This document shows, in pieces, positions 1 through 5,337 of a stretch of DNA of 44,956 nt (position 1 is the first letter of the stretch; the number at the start of each line of letters is the position of its first letter). A model generated the notes under the pieces. That model worked only from the letters and a program-made list of their open reading frames with translations, was not told where the DNA came from and did not search any database. The position numbers were made by a program, and so were the translations under genes. Source of the stretch: a virus (taxonomy: Duplodnaviria > Caudoviricetes); IMG/VR virus record IMGVR_UViG_3300027744_000037, positions 1-44,956 of that record. One strand, written 5' to 3'.

Positions 1-22
1 CATGTTCTAATGCGCTTCAATA

Positions 23-97
23 TGGTACACGATACGAGAATCGAACTCGTCTTTCCGCCTTGAAAGGGCAGCGTCCTAACCGATAGACGAATCGTGC
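23..97 (-). tRNA. tRNA-Glu(UUC)
   Basis: Reverse complement folds as a cloverleaf: acceptor GCACGAT/ATCGTGT, anticodon arm CTGCC-CT-TTC-AA-GGCGG, TTCGA T-loop, encoded CCA. Confidence 0.95.
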
Positions 98-114
98 AAA
101 TAACTACAACAAAT

Positions 115-125
115 TTTTAAAGAGC
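115..125 (-). promoter_or_regulatory. boxA-like Nus antitermination element upstream of tRNA-Glu
   Basis: Minus strand GCTCTTTAAAA fits the bacterial boxA consensus GYTCTTTAANA; lies between promoter and tRNA. Confidence 0.7.
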
Positions 126-156
126 GTATCAACTGATTTCTCAACCGATAAGTCGT

Positions 157-208
157 ATTATACATGAACCAGTTAACTTGTCAACCAGTCTGTTGTTTTC
201 ATACAACT
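157..208 (-). promoter_or_regulatory. sigma70-type promoter with upstream palindrome
   Basis: TTGACA(179-184)-16 nt-TATAAT(157-162); TGTTG-N8-CAACT at 191-208. Confidence 0.8.
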
Positions 209-245
209 GTGATTTTTTTACGTTGTTTTCTCAACCGATGAATGA

Positions 246-300
246 AGTATAACACAACCACATCTTTTGTCAACCACTGTGTTGTATTTCTGAAACAACA
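246..300 (-). promoter_or_regulatory. sigma70-type promoter (direct-repeat copy of 476-527)
   Basis: TTGACA(268-273)-16 nt-TATACT(246-251) with extended -10 TG; TGTTG-N11-CAACA at 280-300. Confidence 0.75.
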
Positions 301-453
301 TCCTCATCAATAGAATGAATTATTTCTCTGAGTGATTGTAAATCTTTTTTTAATTCTTTATTAAGAGAATGAGTATTTTGTATTACAGTTAATTGCATTA
401 ATGCTTTTAACCTTAACCTTGATACCGTATCAATATATTCTTTCAAAATCAAT
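270..453 (-). CDS. possible small hypothetical protein between duplicated promoters (start uncertain, TTG after AAGGA)
   Basis: Open frame downstream of promoter 476-503 with an SD-like AAGGA; no recognisable motif. Confidence 0.3.
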
Positions 454-475
454 CCTTTTTTTAAATCAAGACACA

Positions 476-527
476 AGTATAACACAACCACATCCTCTGT
501 CAACCATCTTGTTGTATTTCTACAACA
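476..527 (-). promoter_or_regulatory. sigma70-type promoter with upstream palindrome
   Basis: TTGACA(498-503)-16 nt-TATACT(476-481); TGTTG-N8-CAACA at 510-527. Confidence 0.8.
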
Positions 528-605
528 TGGAGTAGCGAGTGAGATTCGAACTCACGGTTTTAGGGATTTGCAATCCCTTGCATTGGGCCACTCTGCCATC
601 GCTAC
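528..605 (-). tRNA. tRNA-Cys(GCA)
   Basis: Acceptor GTAGCGA/TCGCTAC, U discriminator, anticodon arm AGGGA-TT-GCA-AA-TCCCT, CCA encoded. Confidence 0.95.
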
Positions 606-847
606 ACTAATTTTCTACGTGAACCACGGTGCGTTTCATCACGCCGCATTGTCCATGTATAAGAATTACCATCAGGTAAAACTTTATCTTCTACTGAAGC
701 AACACCAAACTTACCTACAATCTCTGTAGTGCCATCGGTGATGGTTACAAATGTTCCGTAACCTTTTGCAAACAACATTGCTTCAGACAGTGTTAAAAAT
801 TCATTCAACGGTAATTTTTTTTCACTTATAATTTTCCACATAATCAT
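602..847 (-). CDS. hypothetical protein within tRNA array
   Basis: 81 aa ORF filling the gap between tRNA-Ser and tRNA-Cys on the same strand; start may be 841. Confidence 0.7.
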   Translation of the reverse strand: MIMWKIISEKKLPLNEFLTLSEAMLFAKGYGTFVTITDGTTEIVGKFGVASVEDKVLPDGNSYTWTMRRDETHRGSRRKLV

Positions 848-855
848 CTTTCATT

Positions 856-943
856 TGGCAGAAGGTATCGGATTCGAACCGATGCGCCACTTTCGCAACG
901 ACAGTTTAGCAAACTGCTCCCTTAACCACTCGGGCAACCTTCT
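856..943 (-). tRNA. tRNA-Ser(GCU)
   Basis: Acceptor AGAAGGT/ACCTTCT, G discriminator, anticodon GCT, long variable arm, CCA. Confidence 0.95.
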
Positions 944-948
944 ATGTT

Positions 949-1040
949 TGGCGGAAGACGGAGGAGTCGAACCCCATCCCTGTTAAGAGAACCTGGTTTT
1001 CAAGGCCAGTCGCAGGACCAACCCCGCTGCATCATCTTCC
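949..1040 (-). tRNA. tRNA-Ser(UGA), non-canonical 8/4 fold
   Basis: 8-bp acceptor GGAAGATG/CGTCTTCC, 4-bp T stem GGGG/CCTC around TTCGACT, loop CT-TGA-AA, long variable arm, GCCA end. Confidence 0.85.
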
Positions 1041-1120
1041 ATATAGAAACACACTAGGTATTTTCCTTTCGGTGGTCACCGCTTGCAACTAGATATGCGA
1101 TTGCCAGTGTGTTTTTATAT
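1041..1120 (-). ncRNA. structured inter-tRNA element (long closing stem with two internal hairpins)
   Basis: ATATAAAAACACACTGG pairs with CTAGTGTGTTTCTATAT (17 bp, one mismatch); internal GCAA/TTGC and CGGT/ACCG hairpins. Confidence 0.5.
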
Positions 1121-1193
1121 GGCTGGGGTACCTTGAATCGAACAAGGACCTACGGATTCAAAGTCCGCAGCACTACCACTATGCTATACCCCA
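1120..1193 (-). tRNA. tRNA-Gln(UUG)
   Basis: Acceptor TGGGGTA/TACCCCA, anticodon arm GCGGA-CT-TTG-AA-TCCGT, GCCA end. Confidence 0.95.
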
Positions 1194-1209
1194 ATAAACT
1201 ACAACAAAT

Positions 1210-1220
1210 TTTTAAAGAAC
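1210..1220 (-). promoter_or_regulatory. boxA-like Nus antitermination element upstream of tRNA-Gln
   Basis: Minus strand GTTCTTTAAAA, followed by the same ATTTGTTGTAGTT as the copy at 102-125. Confidence 0.7.
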
Positions 1221-1227
1221 AGTGTGT

Positions 1228-1280
1228 ATTGTATACCAGATTCGATGACCTGTCAACTACAATGTTGTATTGAAACAACA
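1228..1280 (-). promoter_or_regulatory. sigma70-type promoter of tRNA array with upstream palindrome
   Basis: TTGACA(1251-1256)-17 nt-TACAAT(1228-1233); TGTTG-N8-CAACA at 1263-1280. Confidence 0.8.
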
Positions 1281-1283
1281 AAC

Positions 1284-1313
1284 AAAAAACCCTAGATTTT
1301 TTAGGTCTAGGGT
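1284..1313 (-). terminator. intrinsic terminator (candidate attenuator 3:4 stem)
   Basis: ACCCTAGA-loop-TCTAGGGT followed by a U tract. Confidence 0.85.
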
Positions 1314-1346
1314 CTTGTGTTTGGAGTCTTTTTTAGAACTTATGTA

Positions 1347-1457
1347 TTAGTTCTCTCTCTTTACACAAAACCCGACCGGCGCCCATGAACTATCACCACA
1401 ATTAATTGTGCGATACTCGGACTGTAACGTAAAGGGTTTGTGTTTAAAATTTTTCAT
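1347..1457 (-). CDS. 36 aa leaderless leader peptide MKNFKHKPFTLQSEYRTINCGDSSWAPVGFCVKREN (candidate attenuator peptide)
   Basis: Hand translation; ATG 6 nt after a -10 box; all 20 amino acids in codons 1-28; overlaps alternative RNA pairings upstream of the terminator. Confidence 0.75.
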   Translation of the reverse strand: MKNFKHKPFTLQSEYRTINCGDSSWAPVGFCVKREN

Positions 1458-1463
1458 AGTGTT

Positions 1464-1492
1464 ATTATATAGGAACTTTTAAGCTTTGGCAA
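1464..1492 (-). promoter_or_regulatory. sigma70-type promoter for leaderless leader-peptide transcript
   Basis: TTGCCA(1487-1492)-17 nt-TATAAT(1464-1469). Confidence 0.75.
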
Positions 1493-1505
1493 GCGGTTTT
1501 TAAAA

Positions 1506-2024
1506 TTATTTTTTTATATTTGTTTTCCATGCAATAGGGTGTGATAATATTGGACCTGAAGGATTCATAAAATCATTAAACGTTTCCCATAGATGTTCTG
1601 ATACGGCAAATTTTGTTAGTAATCCAGCTTCACGGCCATATGCATCTATTTCCCATGGCTGAACCCAATAATCTATTTTATCAGGATCAACTCTTTTACC
1701 ACGCCATCTGGTCAGTTCATCATTGGTTTCATTCTCTATGTATTGTTTTATATGCACCATTTCATGAGCCAGTGTTTCCAGTATTCTTCTGGATCCAATA
1801 TGTGGATGCAATTCAATTAGAAATTTTCTTGGTTGTTTTCTGGTATTGTAGTCTACAATACTGGCAAATCCATATTCTGTTATCTTTGGACTGAATCTTA
1901 TTTCAGTATAACAATGGTTGCGGATTCTTGTGTTGGCTATTAATTCTTTGGCGTAAAACTGAGCCGCTCTTTCAACAAAGGGCTTAAAATCTTTATCAGG
2001 ACAATTAAGTATGCGAACAATCAT
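1506..2024 (-). CDS. HExxH metallopeptidase-like phage protein
   Basis: LAHEMVH and PWEIDA motifs; start moved to the ATG after GGAG; CTAAATA late-promoter-like box at 2056-2062. Confidence 0.75.
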   Translation of the reverse strand: MIVRILNCPDKDFKPFVERAAQFYAKELIANTRIRNHCYTEIRFSPKITEYGFASIVDYNTRKQPRKFLIELHPHIGSRRILETLAHEMVHIKQYIENETNDELTRWRGKRVDPDKIDYWVQPWEIDAYGREAGLLTKFAVSEHLWETFNDFMNPSGPILSHPIAWKTNIKK

Positions 2025-2066
2025 CCAACCCTCCAAAGGCAATATTACCCTTAGTTATTTAGTTGA

Positions 2067-2594
2067 TTAGATTTTTTCCACATACACACCAGCTTTGGCC
2101 AAAAAATTGATGCCATCATCAGAACGGTAAGAGTTCCGATATAAAACGTGATTAATACCACTTTGGTATACAAGCTTGGCACAGTCCAAACATGGAGCAT
2201 GGGTAACAAACATAGTAGCACCCATACCAGATTCGGTAGATTTAGCCAATTTGGCAATCGCATTTGTTTCTGCATGAAGCACCTCTGGTTTTGTTTTCAG
2301 TTTATATCGTCTGGCTATTTCAAAACTTCCATAACTGTTTGTAATTACTTGGATTTCTTCAAACGGCCAGCCTTCTTTAATCTCATCAGGATCAAGCCAA
2401 CCTCCTGCATCTACACTCATATAATCTTTATCTTCACAATTGTTGTCCCAACCAGATGGCATACCATTATAACCAATTGAAATGATCCTGTCATCTTTGA
2501 CTACAATAGCACCAACATGGAGTCTACGAGCCGAGGACAATTCAGCGAATGTCTCGGCCACTTTCATATACGCATCACGAAATTTTTGTTTCAT
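2067..2594 (-). CDS. cd: dCMP deaminase
   Basis: VGAIVVKD..ISIGYNG, HAE and PCLDC zinc motifs; start at MKQKF, downstream of the tRNA. Confidence 0.92.
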   Translation of the reverse strand: MKQKFRDAYMKVAETFAELSSARRLHVGAIVVKDDRIISIGYNGMPSGWDNNCEDKDYMSVDAGGWLDPDEIKEGWPFEEIQVITNSYGSFEIARRYKLKTKPEVLHAETNAIAKLAKSTESGMGATMFVTHAPCLDCAKLVYQSGINHVLYRNSYRSDDGINFLAKAGVYVEKI

Positions 2595-2600
2595 ATTATT

Positions 2601-2675
2601 TGGTGCCCACAGAGAGAATTGAACTCCCACTCAAGCGATTATGAGTCGCCTGCTTTACCATTAAGCTATATGGGC
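2601..2675 (-). tRNA. tRNA-Ile2 (CAU, lysidine type) likely
   Basis: Cloverleaf with CCA; anticodon arm GGCGACTCATAATCGCT resembles the enterobacterial ileX arm as I recall it; lacks the initiator GGG/CCC stem. Confidence 0.8.
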
Positions 2676-2677
2676 TG

Positions 2678-2860
2678 TTATTTGATATACTCTAAGGATT
2701 CTTTACGCATCAATTTTGGTGTCTCACGGATACCGGTGTTCTTGATTACATATACAAATTGAACGCCATCAATCTCTTTGACTTCTGTACCACAGACGTA
2801 ATAGGTTTCAAGTGTGGTTTTCACACGAACTTTTTTGATGGTTGAGTTTACTGTTTTCAT
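2678..2860 (-). CDS. hypothetical protein, 60 aa, probably leaderless
   Basis: ATG 7 nt downstream of TATAAT; no SD. Confidence 0.7.
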   Translation of the reverse strand: MKTVNSTIKKVRVKTTLETYYVCGTEVKEIDGVQFVYVIKNTGIRETPKLMRKESLEYIK

Positions 2861-2867
2861 GATGAGT

Positions 2868-2896
2868 ATTATATAGGTAAAAAAAGGGATTGTCAA
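2868..2896 (-). promoter_or_regulatory. consensus sigma70 promoter overlapping terminator
   Basis: TTGACA(2891-2896)-17 nt-TATAAT(2868-2873). Confidence 0.85.
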
Positions 2897-2906
2897 GCAA
2901 TCCCTT
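2879..2906 (-). terminator. intrinsic terminator of hsp20 operon
   Basis: AAGGGATTG-CTTGA-CAATCCCTT followed by a U tract. Confidence 0.8.
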
Positions 2907-2925
2907 ATTGTTTTCCACTTAATAC

Positions 2926-3084
2926 TTAATAGTACCTATTTTGTATCAGTCTGGAATTGTACTCTAGTGTCAGTCTTTCAACATCGCCTTCGTTTTTAGG
3001 GTTTCTTGAGGTGATATATGATTCTAAATCATTTCCATAATCACCACACATTCGCTTGAATAGGTTGGTAATTAATCGAATCAT
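2926..3084 (-). CDS. 52 aa hypothetical protein coupled to hsp20 (not in ORF track)
   Basis: ATGA overlap with the hsp20 stop; MIRLITNLFKRMCGDYGNDLESYITSRNPKNEGDVERLTLEYNSRLIQNRYY; ends just before the terminator. Confidence 0.7.
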   Translation of the reverse strand: MIRLITNLFKRMCGDYGNDLESYITSRNPKNEGDVERLTLEYNSRLIQNRYY

Positions 3085-3536
3085 TTTTCAGCAGTTTCCT
3101 TGATGGTGATTTTCTTAATGGCGTCTTGTACTTTGACCATGTTTTCTAGCCAAATTCTAAGCATACCATTCATCATCTCTGCATCTTGAATTTCTACTTT
3201 ATCTGCAAGAGTGAAGGTACGTTCAAAGCCACGGTTGGCAATACCTTTGAATAGATATTCTTCTTCATCATCATCTTTAGCTGCAGCTTTAATTACGAGT
3301 TTATTACCCTCTAATGTCATCTCAATATCAGACTTAGCAAAACCAGCAACGGCCATCTCAATGACGTACTTGTTTTCTTTTACTTGTTTGATATTGTATG
3401 GGGGATAAGTTATGGCTTTTGTTGCAGCAGCCGTTGCTGCTTCACGCATAAGTTCCATTGTGTCATTGAAACCAACAGTGAATGATTGCATTTTACCAAA
3501 TTCGGTATTGAAAAAATCTTTCATAAGATTTGTCAT
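3081..3536 (-). CDS. hsp20: small heat shock protein (Hsp20/IbpA-like)
   Basis: YPPYNI, IEMAVAGF, KGIANRGFERTFTLA and NGMLRI alpha-crystallin motifs. Confidence 0.95.
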   Translation of the reverse strand: MTNLMKDFFNTEFGKMQSFTVGFNDTMELMREAATAAATKAITYPPYNIKQVKENKYVIEMAVAGFAKSDIEMTLEGNKLVIKAAAKDDDEEEYLFKGIANRGFERTFTLADKVEIQDAEMMNGMLRIWLENMVKVQDAIKKITIKETAEK

Positions 3537-3541
3537 AGTTT

Positions 3542-3585
3542 TCTCCTAAAAGCAAGATTAAAAATTGATACCCCGAAGGCGTATC
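3542..3585 (-). promoter_or_regulatory. ROSE-like RNA thermometer and upstream UUCG hairpin
   Basis: TCTTGCT pairs with the SD AGGAGA with a bulged G; preceded by the hairpin GATACGCC-TTCG-GGGTATC. Confidence 0.6.
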
Positions 3586-3594
3586 GGTTGAGGT

Positions 3595-3686
3595 ACTGGT
3601 TACGTTTTCCAGTGGCAATAACGTCTGCCCGTTTTACTAACGCTCCTAAGGTAGGTGGAGCACCTGTTTTCCCATCCCAAGGGACT
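3595..3686 (-). ncRNA. multi-hairpin structured RNA or long 5' leader upstream of hsp20
   Basis: GC-richer non-coding stretch with four consecutive hairpins downstream of TATAAATA. Confidence 0.45.
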
Positions 3687-3699
3687 GAGATTATAACAA

Positions 3700-3707
3700 T
3701 ATTTATA
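3700..3707 (-). promoter_or_regulatory. T4-type late promoter
   Basis: TATAAATA. Confidence 0.65.
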
Positions 3708-4422
3708 ACTTTAATTCAACGGAAAGGTCTGTAACAAATGGTAAATATCTATTGTATGTTTTATTTAGACCTTGTTCATCTGTAATATGTTCATTGCCAA
3801 GGCGTTGAGCCTTATCAGAATCAGGTATTCTATGTTGAATTTGTAGTTTTCTTTCCAACATCTTTTGATTCATTGGTGAATAACCGTACCATAGAACTTG
3901 TAATTGCATACAATTTGAATCCACAAAGTGGCGTCCTGTTGGATAAGATAAACTTGTTGTATTGTGAATTGCTCTACATACCCTCTCAATCGATATTGGG
4001 TTGGCCCTATCATATGGTATTCCAAAAGGCCTTTGTTTTATTAAAGACTTATCGTGTGTTATCTCAGCATCTTTTTGTGTATCGACCATTATGTAACATG
4101 GAACTTTTAATACTTGACCTGGTTCACCATTCAATAAAGAATAATCACCAACTAAATATTCAGTTACATTGAGGCACATCTTCCAACCAGGAATTGTGGA
4201 TTCATAATAAATAATTTCTTCATCACATTTTACAGCACCGAATTGGCGATTACGAGACTTTACTACTTGCCAAGTTGGACAATATTCTTTAATTATTTCT
4301 AAAGACCTATCGGTAGAATCATAATCAATAAGAATTCCGTGGTCAAACACTTCACGATGATGCATCAACCACCAGGGTAACATATATTCTTCATTATAAA
4401 AATGCATTATTACAGTTTTCAT
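3703..4422 (-). CDS. glycosyltransferase family 2-like protein
   Basis: FYNEEYMLPWWLMHH..FDHGILIDYDSTD N-terminal GT-A signature. Confidence 0.75.
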   Translation of the reverse strand: MKTVIMHFYNEEYMLPWWLMHHREVFDHGILIDYDSTDRSLEIIKEYCPTWQVVKSRNRQFGAVKCDEEIIYYESTIPGWKMCLNVTEYLVGDYSLLNGEPGQVLKVPCYIMVDTQKDAEITHDKSLIKQRPFGIPYDRANPISIERVCRAIHNTTSLSYPTGRHFVDSNCMQLQVLWYGYSPMNQKMLERKLQIQHRIPDSDKAQRLGNEHITDEQGLNKTYNRYLPFVTDLSVELKL

Positions 4423-5318
4423 ATAAATTCCTCATAGTTTATACCAATCTTACATTTTTCACATATACCAGATTTTGGTCCATCTTCTTTTAGATGTTCT
4501 CTCCAAGAATCATATCTGTTGGAACTGTAAATATTATAGAGTTTATCTTGGTGTACCGAACCCATAATTGCATTTTCGTGTTCAGGTATATCTGACCTAG
4601 AGTTACAACACACCACAATAGAACCATTATAATCAATGTACATATTATTAAAAGGTTGACTACATGATTGTGTTCTCACATATTCTTTGTCATAGTCTTC
4701 AACATCTTTTGTTCTTGCTGTGCCTTCTATGCTAAAATTTCTGGCACGTAAGTGTACAGTAATTCCTTCTATATGCAATTCAAATTCAATTCTATGATTG
4801 TATATGTCTGTAATGATTGAATATTCAACACCCAAACGTTTAATCTTATTAATCATAATTCGTTTTGAACGTTTATGATCGTATTTTTGTTTGTTGCCCA
4901 AGTATTGTTGAACGAATAATTCATTTAATCCAGCATCACGCAATTCATGTATGTAGTCTAAACTTAGGTAATCACCATTGGTGTTTGTTCTTAGTTTTGC
5001 TTTGGGTAGATATTCTCTGGCTTGTTTGATTCGTTTTAGAATAATATTTTTTTTGGCCAGAGGTTCATTATATCTACTATAAGTAATTTCTTTGTCGTAA
5101 TCAATTTCTTTTAGTTGTTCTAAAATAGAAAGATAGGAAGTTTCTGGCATCAAAATTGTTTCAGATTTTCTATCAATATAAGAGTTGGGACAAAACCAAC
5201 ATTTTCTATTGCAATAGGAAAAGACTTCAATCTCAATTAATTTTAAATTGTCTTTAAAATATTTTTTGTTAAGTTCATTATTAGTTTTTTTATAAAAAAC
5301 AACGTTTGATTCAATCAT
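4419..5318 (-). CDS. radical SAM protein with SPASM/twitch-like C-terminal domain
   Basis: CNRKCWFC (CX3CX2C), NEPL, TNG; CSQPF..GSIVVCC..CEKC. Confidence 0.9.
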   Translation of the reverse strand: MIESNVVFYKKTNNELNKKYFKDNLKLIEIEVFSYCNRKCWFCPNSYIDRKSETILMPETSYLSILEQLKEIDYDKEITYSRYNEPLAKKNIILKRIKQAREYLPKAKLRTNTNGDYLSLDYIHELRDAGLNELFVQQYLGNKQKYDHKRSKRIMINKIKRLGVEYSIITDIYNHRIEFELHIEGITVHLRARNFSIEGTARTKDVEDYDKEYVRTQSCSQPFNNMYIDYNGSIVVCCNSRSDIPEHENAIMGSVHQDKLYNIYSSNRYDSWREHLKEDGPKSGICEKCKIGINYEEFI

Positions 5319-5337
5319 AATATAAATTATAGGTTAA

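Noticed and set aside
454-503. ORF 270..503 starting at TTG 503
   Set aside because: That TTG is the -35 box of the promoter; the upstream part is regulatory DNA.
949-1040. selC / tRNA-Sec or opal suppressor
   Set aside because: The anticodon reads UGA (decodes UCA, Ser), not UCA; 'ttca' is seen only on the + strand, and the T stem is 4 bp.
2595-2630. N-terminal extension of dCMP deaminase in the ORF track
   Set aside because: It runs through the tRNA; the downstream ATG at 2594 is more plausible.
2601-2675. Initiator or elongator tRNA-Met
   Set aside because: Paired 1:72 and no GGG/CCC anticodon stem exclude the initiator; the arm resembles Ile2. Elongator Met is not fully excluded.
3486-3734. 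82-aa plus-strand ORF across the hsp20 leader
   Set aside because: It overlaps both neighbours antisense; the region is better explained as structured minus-strand RNA.
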